A stretch of 64,000 nt of DNA, taken from NCBI GenBank assembly GCA_964036045.1, contig OZ038378.1, positions 3,410,001 to 3,474,000 on the forward strand. The letters run 5' to 3'. A program made the position numbers and the translations under genes. This document shows, piece by piece, positions 11,704 to 22,798 of the stretch (position 1 is the stretch's first letter; each line of letters begins with the position of its first letter). The notes under the pieces are model-generated. The model was not told the origin of the DNA. It did no database searches and saw nothing but the letters and a program-made list of their open reading frames with translations. The DNA comes from Eutreptiella sp. 'Long Island Sound 2002'. Taxonomy: Eukaryota > Protista > Euglenida.

Positions 11704-12083
11704 TTTGCTCTTTTGCACCTCGCAACTACCGTCTGAGGCCTGCACGTTGGCGCTTGTCTCCCACATGGCCTTGGCGGTTGCCTTGACTGTTTGGAGGGTC
11801 CTCCTCGCATTCCCCCCGCCCGAACACCGCAAAAACCCCCCGCCAACCCCCCTGGTTCTCCGCCACACTTAGTTGCCCAAGGCACCCGGGCTTGCTCGGC
11901 GTGACCATTGGGGCCAAAGGACAATTATGTCTCTAGCGGCCCACCACAAAATCGCTTTTGACATGGCTTAGCTGACCCAACACAGCATTTTCGTTGCGTC
12001 AGTCTATCAATGCAGTTGGTGCGTCGAGGGGATGAAGGGAGGAGTGGAGGGCGGGGTCACCCTTGTCTGTTTTTTTTCAAAAG

Positions 12084-12428
12084 GCAAGTTCCAGCTCCAG
12101 CTCAAGTTCCGGTTCCACGCACTCGGAGCAACTGGCAGAGTATTGGGTGCTGCCTAAATCCGCAGAGCTGCGTGCCCTGCAAAGCACAGTGCTGCTGCTG
12201 GACGACCTCATTTCAGACATAGAGATCCGGGCTTTCCAGCAGCAACAGGAAGACGCAGTGGCGCTGCGCAATAAATTAAAGGCACAGCCGAAGCAGGCAC
12301 CAACGCGTGTCTCAACGGAGGAGGGGCGCATGGCGTGGCAAAGCAAGAACGAGAAGGCGCTGACAGCGTCACTGCTGATCTCTGAGATCGCAGCAATGAT
12401 GCATTTGGTCTGGAGCATCGAGGGGGAG
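12084..12428 (+). CDS. Tandem PUB-domain protein, exon 3
   Basis: Acceptor ttttttttcaaaag|GCA, phase 0. Reads ASSSSSSSSGSTHSEQLAEYWVLPKSAELRALQSTVLLLDDLI...VWSIEGE, completing PUB2. Donor GAG|gtaggg. Confidence 0.8.
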
Positions 12429-12679
12429 GTAGGGTACGTGGCGCATTACCGCAAGGTGTGTGGAGAGGGTTGCCTGTTGTGCTGTGGTGTTGTGGTTGTG
12501 TGCGTAATGCTGTGCTCTAGTGTGATTTGCTGTCACAGATTGAAGCGTGGCATGTTGTGTTGTCTAGTGTTGTGTTGTGGAGCCGAGGCGTGTCGTGTTG
12601 TGCTGTGGTGTGCCGAAGGCGCTGTTACCAAAGGGCAAAGGCCGGGATGTCTACCCACGGGTACAGGGAAACGGTTGTA

Positions 12680-12988
12680 CTGTGGTGTGGTGTACTGTGG
12701 CGTGGTGTGGCGTGCGGTGGTGTGGTGTGGTGTGGTGTGGTGTGGTGTGGTGTGGTGTGGTGTGGTGTGGTGTGGTGTGGTGTGGTGTGGTGTGGTGTGG
12801 TGTGGTGTGGTGTGGTGTGGTGTGGTGTGGTGTGGTGTGGTGTGGTGTGGTGTGGTGTGGTGTGGTGTGGTGTGGTGTGGTGTGGTGTGGTGTGGTGTGG
12901 TGTGGTGTGGTGTGGTGTGGTGTGGTGTGGTGTGGTGTGGTGTGGTGTGGTGTGGTGTGGTGTGGTGTGGTGTGGTGTGGTGTGGTGT
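12680..12988. repeat. (TGTGG)n pentanucleotide microsatellite
   Basis: Long near-perfect run flanked by ~38-bp direct repeats CGAAGGCGCTGTTACCAAA.GGCAA.GGCCGGGATG (~12611 and ~12989). Confidence 0.95.
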
Positions 12989-13089
12989 GTCGAAGGCGCT
13001 GTTACCAAATGGCAATGGCCGGGATGCCTTTAATACGGGCAATGCAAAACGGGAGGGCTGTGTGTCTGAACGTGTGCTGTGTGTGGTGT

Positions 13090-15450
13090 GTTGCGTCCCC
13101 ACGTACGGCGGCCTGAGTTCAGGGCCGCCCTTGCGACTCCCTACCGCTCCGCCTGCTGGTGCAGTTGAAGTTGAAGTTCTCGCAACGCCAACGCCATGGC
13201 GCCCTCTAGCCCCAAGCGGGCCTTGATGAGGCCCTCTCGGGCTCTAGCGTGGGTTAGTCAGACCTTTTGTGACTCTGATAACACCTGTCGGATGAACTCC
13301 GTCCCCGTAGCCCATAGGGACGGGGTTGCGATGGCCCACAACCACTACTCGAGGACCGCAGAGTCCCATAGTTGGCTTTGCAGAGTCCCATAGTTGGCTT
13401 TGCAGAGTCCCATATTGGCTTTGCACCTGCAATGCTTGTGGCCATACGTAGGTGCTGAGCTACGTGTGCAGGCGCTGCCGGACTGGGCGCCATGCATGGG
13501 ATTGCACAGGGCATTGCCACATGTGATGGGCCATTTCTGGGCCGTTGTCGCACAGAAGGCACTGCGTGCACGGCCGCACATTCCGGTGTCCGGAGCGCCC
13601 CGCTAGCACCGTCATGGTGCAGAGGTTGTGCATCCAATGGGCCACCAAGTGCCGTTGTTGGTCACTGGTGAAACAGTCCAAAGATAGGCCAAGGCCCGGC
13701 TTGTAGTTAGGTCTGCCTCAGTGCTCGTAATGCGCCCGAGCGGGGATCGCCGCCTGCTCCTACAACGACTCTTGCACGTCCGTGTGGGCCGGTTGGCAGT
13801 GGTCCCGGAACTTCAGGGGCGGCACAGCATTCAGGTGAGATACGCCTAGAGCTCCTCCTAGGTTGCTGCGTCGACCCACACATTGACGGTGGTGATCCAA
13901 TGTGAGGGTGTGACCACTATATTGATCGTCAGGCACTTAGCCCTCAACGTATACGCATTTTGGTGGTGCATGCCGTCCCCACTATGCCCGTCCTCGTGGT
14001 AAGTGCGCAAGGCACCTACAACAAACTCAGAATCCAGCACCACCCGGTATACGCCTTCATGTGGTGCCCTTGCTGGGTGCACAGCAACAGGGACATGGCC
14101 TTGTCCTCATGAGAGGTCCCCACTCCGGAGTCTACCTTGGTCCTGCACCGTACCAGCGCATGCTCATACGCAAGAGTCATGGCCATTCCTGCCGGGGTGG
14201 TTCTGGTGTCGGTCACTATAGCGGATCTGCTAATCGTGGCCAGTGGCGGCAGGTCATGGAACTAGATTCCCGGTTCCATACGGGGCTGCAAAGTACTCGG
14301 TTGCTGCTGTGGCAGCTCGGATGGGGTGTAGCGTTGCATGGACCCCAAAATATTCGTGCAGGTATGTCCTCGGGGCGGGGTCCAACTCCGACGTCAACGC
14401 ACTTGGGGCGTGGACGGCTATGTAAGGGAGCCCTTGTTGGGGTGCCCCATGCATTTGTGGGTCAAGCCCCAGGCTGAGTACTTGAAGCGTGCCACCGCCT
14501 TGGTCCGGGGCTCTATCCATGGCTGCGGCGGTTGGGCAGGTGTGACAGTAAGCACCGCATGCCACGCTTGGGACACCCACCCACAATAGTGGAGCCCCGG
14601 CAGAGCGCAATGCCACACAATTGCTAGGCCTTCCGTGCACGTAGCTTGGAGTCGTGGGAGCATGGCCACCTACGGGTGCTCCTATAAGCACGCATGCGGG
14701 GGGGGCTCCACCTGCACCTGGATGTCTCAGAGGCCCACCAACAAACGGCGCAAGCATGCTAGGGAGGTCATTGATGGGATGCTTGCACACCGGAAGCACT
14801 ACCGCCCATCCCAGTGCGGCCATCACGTCCTCCATGGCCGTGGTCAGCTAGATCGTGCGGCCCCGTTGGTAGACCATCCGCTCCCGGATGGTTTTCGCCT
14901 CACGGCATCCGATGGCTGCCGTGGACCTGCAGGGGCGTATTGGGCCCAGCGCCCAGTCCTTGGGGGCTAGTTGCCTGCGGGGGATTGGTGCCTCCAGCAC
15001 GGGCTACAGGGCTCCGCGGTGTCGGTGGAGCCAATCTTCGGTTGTGCGCACCGTGCGCCCCCGAGGTACACGTTTGCAGGTGCTACGTAGAACCCTAGCT
15101 GGCGCATAGAAGTCCCCGAGAAGGTGGTACCCTAGTGTGAGGGCCGCGAAGTAGATTGCCGGGGGGAGCTAGATGTGGGTCATGTCGCGGTACGCGGTGT
15201 GGTGCGTGGTCACCACTGGGGGGATGTTTGGCTGCGCCTGCCCTGTTTTTTTTTTTTTGGAGGGCGAGCACGAGGACAGGGGCCATGCCTAGCGGGCCGG
15301 GGGCCACATCGGCGGGCCCACTTGGTCCACTACGTGTGTTTAGCACGATACTTGTGGTCATTGTAGCGTCCCCGCTGACTGCCATTGTCGCCAGATCCTG
15401 TAGGTCCCATCGACAGCCAAAGTGTTCAGCATCAGTTCTTCTGGCCAGAT
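13090..15450 (-). mobile_element. Decayed 3' part of a non-LTR retrotransposon (RNase H + CCHC zinc finger)
   Basis: Interrupted minus-strand frames: VVLDSEFVVGAL...VTPSHW...NVWVDAA (RNase H-like), then CTQCLLCDNGPEMAHHMWQC (C-terminal zinc knuckle), then ...EFIRQVLSESQKV...ALRELQLQLHQQAER*. Many stops and frameshifts. Confidence 0.7.
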
Positions 15451-15459
15451 TGTGGCCAA

Positions 15460-16010
15460 CATGTCTCCCAACCCCCCCCCCCTGGTTATTTTTTTGGGGG
15501 GTGTTCACCTATTACATTCGGGAAGCTCCCGCACAGCAGAAAACCCCTTTAAAATCCCCCTCCCAACCCCCCCCCGGGGGGGTTTAAGCATGGTATTCAA
15601 TTTTTGAGAAACGCCCCCCCCCCCCCCGGCCTATTGCCCCCCCCTTGTAGCTGGGTGCCCCATTTGGGGGGGGGGGGGGTTCAAAAATTTCTTTGCATAT
15701 TGTGGCCACCATGTGTGGAGTTGGACCTGAAGGACCTGTACATGGAGCCTGTAACAAATAGCGGGGTCCCAGGTCCGAACTCCAGGTACCCCAGGTCACC
15801 CCCCCCCCCCCCCTACCACCCCCATATGGGCGCTTGCAGGGGGACTTCACAGTTTTCAGGTTGGCATGCGGCGGCTGAACATTTCGAAAATTCGATTTTT
15901 TCTGAAAGCCTTCTGTCACCCCTGGGATGGGTTTTGGTGATCACTTGGTGACAATCGGGTACTTGAGCACCCATGGGGACCCACATCAAGCCACTGTTTG
16001 AATTATAACC
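15460..16010 (+). mobile_element. Internal fragment of the Helentron-like family
   Basis: Matches 8600-9030, e.g. AACTCCAGGTACCCC and GGTGATCA.TTGGTGACAAT..GGTACTTGAGCACCCATGGGGACCCAC. Confidence 0.75.
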
Positions 16011-16105
16011 TCCGTTGGACGTGACACACCCTAATTTTCCCAAATACGAATCGAAAATTTTCTGTGCTCCCTACTCCAACTTGGGGTATTTGTGTGCCAT
16101 TGTCC

Positions 16106-16240
16106 AAATTCTATTGCCTTTGGCAAAGCACCTCGAAGAGAGAAGGGAAAATTGCCCCGGGATACATGGGCGTAGCGGCCACTATGCTTGAGCACCTGTA
16201 TTGTTACCAAGTGACCACCCAGACCCAAACGTCTCACCCA
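16106..16240 (-). mobile_element. 3' end of a minus-strand Helentron-like copy
   Basis: AAATTCTATTGCCTTTGGCAAAG-CACCTCGAAGAG is the reverse complement of the 3' repeat, hairpin and AGAATTT terminus. Adjacent sequence matches the family interior in reverse. Confidence 0.7.
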
Positions 16241-16386
16241 AACGTAATTTATCGTAATCCGCACAGTAGGCTTAATGGTGACCACGATTGGATGATAGCA
16301 GGTCGCCATGGTAGTCCAAAGTGATGACATGAAATTTTGGATATCAAAACCTAATGCAGTGCAAAGTATCTGGTGGGTGTGTACAG

Positions 16387-16584
16387 GAGCAGAAGAAGCT
16401 GCTACAGAAGTTTGAGGCGGAAAACGATTTCGAGGCGCTGCATCGGATGAAGGAGGAATGGGAGGCCAAGCTGGAGCACACCAAACTGAAGACAGGCAAG
16501 TCCCTGGTCACGACCATTCAACAGTCGCGTTATGCAATTGACGTTGACGTGGAGCCACCAGAGGGCCCCAACGCCATGTCTTAA
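16387..16584 (+). CDS. Tandem PUB-domain protein, exon 4 (C-terminal helical region, stop)
   Basis: Acceptor gtgtacag|GAG, phase 0. Reads EQKKLLQKFEAENDFEALHRMKEEWEAKL...PNAMS*. The joined CDS is 1203 nt (400 aa) with no internal stop. Confidence 0.75.
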   Translation, partial: EQKKLLQKFEAENDFEALHRMKEEWEAKLEHTKLKTGKSLVTTIQQSRYAIDVDVEPPEGPNAMS

Positions 16585-18854
16585 GCACATGATTCGACGT
16601 CCCCCTTTTCCTTTCAGCTTCCGCCATTCACCCGTCTCTCGCTCGTTGCCATCCTGTCTCTCTTTCCGTTCCCAAGCAAGGCTGGTGTTCCTCGGGGCTG
16701 CTAACCCAAATGGCGTTGCAATTGATGGATAACGGACGCCTGTCCCGTCCCCATGGCTCGCAGAGCGGCACTTGCAAGCATCGGAAAGAGAGGGATCCAC
16801 TGTGGCAGTCGTGGGGGTTGGAACCAATGGAAGCCCCCGGTTGAGTTTCCGTGTCTCAGGGCTGCCATGTACAGAGGAGAGTGACGGTCAGCAAGGGGAG
16901 GGTGGCTCTCGGACTTAGAATGTGGTCTCGGAGGTTTTTGGGAGGGTTTAGTAGGAACTCAGTGGGTACGGGCTGTGGCCTAGGATGAGCTCTGCGGCTC
17001 TGGTCTTCTTTGGATCAGGTTCGGATTTTGGCACAGATTTGAGAGACATGAGGCAGCGCAGGAGGCACAGGAGGTGGAGGAAATGCAGGGCGACAGAGGG
17101 CGCCTTTGGGGATGTCTAATAGTGTCTGGGGCAAACACCAATCCTTATTCATGTCCACGCTGTCCAATGGCAGGGGTGACTCTACTTCTTGAGGGCTGCC
17201 AGCCTGTCTCCATAGGAGGTAGGCTCAGATTCCTCTCGTTCCTTAGCACGTACGTGGTCTGGGCCAGCCCCAACCTTCTGTCCCCTGCTAATGTGGTTCC
17301 CCACATTGCCCTCTGCTGACCTGATTTGCTTTGAGCATCATTTTACAGGGGGATCCATGGTCCTAATGCCTGATCCCCGGTGTGGCAACAAGACGTACAT
17401 TGAGCCAAAGGACAAGCAACCTTGAGTACAGGGGAGAGGATCAAACACGCTGTTGTTTTGCATGGACAAAGGCAAGACTTGCGACTTTTCAGCTCTAAAC
17501 AATGTATCTCCTCTGCACCGCCCCACTCGACAATGGTTCTGGGACGCTGCAAACTTCAAGGGTCTTCCACTGCTCAAGCCGTGACACCACCTCCCAAACA
17601 AAACAAACAGGGTCTGAAAATTCCGCGACTGGGTCTGGTCTGCACGGTGGTGGGGGACGTGTCACAGGAGCACGAGGAGAAGCCCAGGGCTGCAAGCTTG
17701 GACACTGTACTTCATTTGGACGTTGCTGATTCTGCCCCCCCCCCCCCCCCCTTGGGGTCTCAAAGTCTAGTGGCCATGACACATGGCATGCTACGTGTTG
17801 CTGAGGAACTTCTCGTCTGATGGCAGGGAACACCCCGTAGATTCCATGTATCACCACTCACCCACCACCTGCACCCCACGTTGATCGTACTACTCCAAGT
17901 AGCTGTGCTCCTTTGCGGGATTTGCAACCCCAAGGCTTGGACGTTCGAGGGAGTGCAGAAAACATATCCGTGGTGTGTATGGGGAGAGGGTTTCAGAATG
18001 AAGTGACAGAGAACATTTAGCAAAATGGCAACCAAACACCCCTAGAAACCTACTCCCATAGCATCAGCACATTCTCATTGAATGTACCGCAGCGCACTTC
18101 TGGTGGCCTATGCTCACAACAGTAGTTGGGCGGTCCACAACGGCTGAATTTGTGCAAAGCGCTCCCTTGCCTTGCCTCCAAGACACCCCAAGAAACCGAG
18201 TGTTCTGCCATTTGGGGGGCAATGGTGTGGGGTCCCAAGGGAAACATGGTTCGCAATGTTCCCAATTTGCCACAAGTCCTCCCTTTTTGGCTCTGGATTG
18301 TTTTCTGGCAACGGCATCAGAAAGCATCCTGCCGTGTACATTACGCCTCCACTCTGCCCCACCTGCACTAGTCTGCGATAGTAAAACCCCACATGTCACC
18401 TGCACGCCGCACACTGCACCCATAACCTTAACCACACCGCCCTAAGCCTTTGCATTTAATACCCGATGAGCATGGTATGAACACCAGTTATTCATTTGAC
18501 AAGGGGCGTTCGACGGAGGCCATTGTGCTCATCCATTTTATTGTCCCTGCTTTACTTTTTGTCCTCTGGACAGCCTCATTTCTGCAGCGATCAGTACATT
18601 TATCTTTTGCGTTGATTGACCGCTCATCAGGCAGCATGGGTGGACGCACAGATTTGGAGGAAGGGTTTCAGCATGTGTCGGACCCAGGCGGCATTCACAG
18701 GAGCCTTGTGAGTGCTTGCCAAGCTGTTTCACTCTCTCATTGGAATTGCACAGTCCATTGTCGTTCTTTTGCAGTGCCAATGTGTGCCATGCTCCCTTCA
18801 ACAGTCATCGTCATCACTATGAATTTCAATGATCTCCTCAACACGGGGCACTTA

Positions 18855-19591
18855 GGGGGCGCACTTAGTGCAGTGCGCACGCACTACGGGCGCAGTGCAA
18901 CTATTTGGGCGTGTGGCCGTACTGGAGACCGATACTTTGTGAGACTAGGGGGGCATCATTGTTGTTTGCGAGTAGGTTTTGATACTTCTTCCACATTGGG
19001 GATGGCATTTTTGGATTTTCACCTAGTTTCACCCATTTCCACCTTTTTTCACACTTTTTTGCTCATCTCCACCACATCCACTCTTTCCTAGGTTGATTTC
19101 TTCTCACCATGGGACCTTGAGAAGGCAGAGGCGATGTATCCATGTTGTTTTCCCCTCATCATGGGGACCCCGAGCAGGCGCGGCTGATGTCGGACCTCAT
19201 CATGATCAAGGCCGAGGGACAATGCAACATCCTCTCCAAGTGTTGTATCACGTCCAAGTACCATGATCGAAGGTGACCTCAGGGGCTTGATCAACGCCAA
19301 GGATCCTTTGTGCTAGCCAAGACGTACCAGGCCGTCATCCTGAGACAGTCGGCAGCGGGGCTATGCTAGACGGCGATACCTAGCAACCCCGGGTCCATCG
19401 TACCACCCCATTCGTGGAAGATGGACCACCTCCCGCCCCTAGTGAAGGAGGTCTCCCAAGATCTACAGTGGGACATGCTCTTGAGCAAGGGTGATATGAG
19501 GGCCTTTGGAAGGGTTGTGCTTGGGGACTCTTCAGGGGGAACTTGGTCTAAACAGTAGCGCGCAGTGCACGCGCAGTGCAAGGGCGCCCCC
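18855..19591 (+). mobile_element. PIF/Harbinger-like non-autonomous element (737 bp)
   Basis: TTA|GGGGGCGC ... GCGCCCCC|TTA: 3-bp TTA TSD and GGGGG-initiated inverted ends. Both subtermini are shared with 45183-45926. Confidence 0.85.
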
Positions 19592-22372
19592 TTACACCTT
19601 GTGCTCCGTGGATACCACGGTCATATTCACACGGTTGGTAAGGGGGTCTTTGGGAACACATCTATGGCTTGTTTCCAACATTTTGTTATGCTGATGGGTC
19701 CCGAAAAACTTCTTGTCACCAGAGGTGTGCTGCAACACAATGACACAGTTGGACGTGGCGCTGTTCCGTGAGGTGAGGTGCAACACACCCACACTTGCGG
19801 TTGGGATACGGAAGGATGAGGGAGGAAAAGGCAAAAAAAAGATTTTGGAATTCAAATGGGCATTTGTGGGCCGTTCCGTATAAGCTGGTTGATTGCTGTG
19901 CCATAAAACCACTGCCCAGTGCTGTGTCTTTTCGGCGTGGCTGTGCTGGTGTAGAAAATTTGGGGAACTCCGGTTCTCTGTCGTTCCGGACAGCACTGCG
20001 ATCCTTGATCCTCCTTACACTCCAGTCGGCTGCATCTTCAAGCGAGGTTCAAGAGAAGGAGACCTTTAAGGGCAGGGTTCGGTTGGGATGAGCATTCGAT
20101 GATGGCCACTTATCTTGCAATGCCAGAATGTGCAATGCATGTGAGCGCTTTGCGTGAATCACCTCCAAGTGGTTGACAGGTCACAGATAAGCACACTATT
20201 TGCCCCGGGGTGTTCTTATCTGCACAGGCCTAGGAGGCGTTGTCACATGATGCACACATATTGTGCACACAGTATAATGCTTTATGTATGCATCTGATTC
20301 CCAGGTTGTTCCCAAATACTGTCCAACTTCAGCGATGCTCCAAACAAATCGCAGTGATTTCGGACCTCAGGTGAAAAAAAATCTTTGACCTACACAAACT
20401 GTGGCCATGGCTCAGGAAGAGTCTCTGATGGGACGCTATAGAGGCAAGGAGGGGTGATGGCAGGGACAGCGATACTCTGGGAAAGTACTCTGTATGAGTA
20501 CTCGAAGCAAGGCACCTTGGGGCACTTGCTCAAATGGTGCCCACACAGCTGCACGTGAGGGAAGGGAACAAACAGAATTTTGAGAAGGAAGGAAAACTGC
20601 TAAAGCCCCCCTCATGCCCAAAGAAAAAGGGGAGTTCTCACGTCCATAGATCCCTTGTTGGCTTGTTTCTGTTTGCAAAATGCGGTAGCCCACTCCTTTT
20701 TTTTTTTGGCAGCCTTTGTATGTAACCATGTACGTATGCGTTTCTTCAGATCCCCCTCCTCTGATTGTCTGACTATGCATGTGTGATTGTGTAGTTGTCC
20801 GTCGGAAGTGAAGATGAAGACGGAAGATAATACGAAACACCACGGCGACGAAGCAGCACCACCACACCAAACCCACGACGCCTCCAAGGCGGTGGTTCCA
20901 CGGGCAAGGAAGAATAGGGATGTAGATCAACTAGATCTAAGTCTTGGTGACTTTGTAGCGGTTTACAGCATTCCAACAAAGCAGACCATGGTACCCCTGG
21001 GGAGCAGACCCGGAAAGGGTAAAATACGGCAATAGACTGTGCATATATACACTCAGGTGGTACAAAGATTTCGCGATGTATCAGCGAGTTTCAGCAGCAT
21101 CTTTTTTTTCCCTCTTGATAGCAGTGTGCATAGTACCAAGACACATCTAGAGAATAATCATCGATGGTTTGGTCCATATTTGCGGGTGCGGACAACATGG
21201 GCCAAAACATGTCACCACGGGCTCAAAAGAGGTTAAAAACACTGGTTTAAGCATCCCAGGTGGTCTAGGAACAACTTTGGTAAAAGTCTTTTTTTTTCCA
21301 CCTTGGGGACCCTGTTGGACCCACCGTTGGCCCCCCATCATGCGCAACCCGGGCTGCCCACCAAGTGACTGCTTGTACAGGGTCTAGGCGTCTCGTTGGG
21401 CAATTCTGAGGGTTGGAAACCATGAAAAGTGGCGGGTTGCGGGTGGACTAGGTGCCTTCGGAATTTGGTTTTGAGCCACATAGCCCAAGATACAGCCCGT
21501 TCTCGGTTTTGGGGCTTGTTGACACAAGTTGCGCGCAATCTGGGCCATTTTTAGCCATTTTTGGGCTGTTTCTTGGACATATCCTGGAGTTAGAGGGCAA
21601 CAAAGGGCTGTTTGTCATGGGGTAATCAAGGCGCATGTGGAGTGTAGCAACCATTTCCCTTTGTTTGTCCATTTTGACTAGGTATGAGGGCCGTTTTGGG
21701 CCAAAAAAGGCTGTTTTCGGGCACAAAATGCGCAGTTTGGGGAGGGCACCTCCCGACGTGGCGCCCCCGCCCCGGGGTGCCAGCGGTGAGTTTTTGGCTC
21801 AAATTTTGGATTTGGCAAGGCCACCACCTAGGCTCTAGGATGGCTAGATTAGGGAAGGATGCGAGGCGCTGCGACAGAGTAACGGCCAAAACGGAAAGGT
21901 GACGTGCTTGTTGCTTGTTTGTTGTTGCTTGTTGTTGGTAGCTAAATTTAAGGGGAGAGGGGTGTAGTAATATATATACAGAGGCGTGCAAATCACCCTG
22001 GGGAACACAATTCACACCTACATGAGAGGATACTCGTTGCAATGACAGCGACACAATATGCAGATTTGCTGCACTGAACGTAGCTTTTGAGTTTCCTTCT
22101 TCTGCACTGTTGGCCCAGACGACGCCATCACCTGTGCTCGCTTTTGAGCTGGGGGCAGACCACCTACAGTTCAAGAATGCGGAATGCCCTTGTTTTGGTG
22201 CCGCTGTTCCACACTTTGTTGGCTCCTTGACATTCCAAGACAAGATGTTCCCTTTCTATTGCACTGATCTCACGAGCTTGAGCGCCCGCACTTCGAGAAC
22301 GCCTTTGCCCTCGGTTCCTCCTGCGTTGTGTTGCATTGCACGCCTGATTCATGCCCCCCTATCTTTCTTCAG

Positions 22373-22798
22373 CAAATGCACGCCATGCTATCCTCTGCTC
22401 ATGGGACAACGGACATGCACCAGAGCAACATCTGCCACGAGTTCTCTCGGCGGTCATCTTCCAAGAATCTCGGGGACAGTCGTCTTCAAATGAAAGAAGA
22501 CGCCTTCCCGGCGACTTTGGGGCAGCAGCAGAAGCGCCGGCGATGCAAACGCAGGAATGCGGCGGCCACACAGGGGCAGAACACCGAGCACTCCCTGGCG
22601 CTGGAGGCCCAGCGCCTCGTTGAGGCCAACCAGCAGCTGGAGCAAGACATTGCTATGATGCGGCTGCAGATGAGGTCGTTGAGGCAGCAGCACCGACGCG
22701 AGCTCCAGCGCTGCCAGTTCGAATGTTTCGACGAACGTGAAGTTGACGAATTGGTGGATCAACTGGCAAAGGTGCTGGAGGCACCGCGAAGGGCCTGA
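22373..22798 (+). CDS. bZIP-like basic/leucine-zipper protein (single exon or terminal exon)
   Basis: Acceptor ctatctttcttcag|CAA ATG. Basic patch KRRRCKRRNAAA is followed by heptads L-ALEAQR-L-VEANQQ-L-EQDIAM-M-RLQMRS-L. Codon usage resembles the other exons. Confidence 0.6.
   Translation, partial: QMHAMLSSAHGTTDMHQSNICHEFSRRSSSKNLGDSRLQMKEDAFPATLGQQQKRRRCKRRNAAATQGQNTEHSLALEAQRLVEANQQLEQDIAMMRLQMRSLRQQHRRELQRCQFECFDEREVDELVDQLAKVLEAPRRA

Noticed and set aside
12063-13226. Long 387-aa ORF and overlapping VVWCG/HHTTP ORFs
   Set aside because: Only 12084-12428 is exon-like; the rest is read-through into the (TGTGG)n microsatellite.
20820-21040. Tudor/SH3-like remnant (LSLGDFVAVYS)
   Set aside because: Short, interrupted and without splice or context support.
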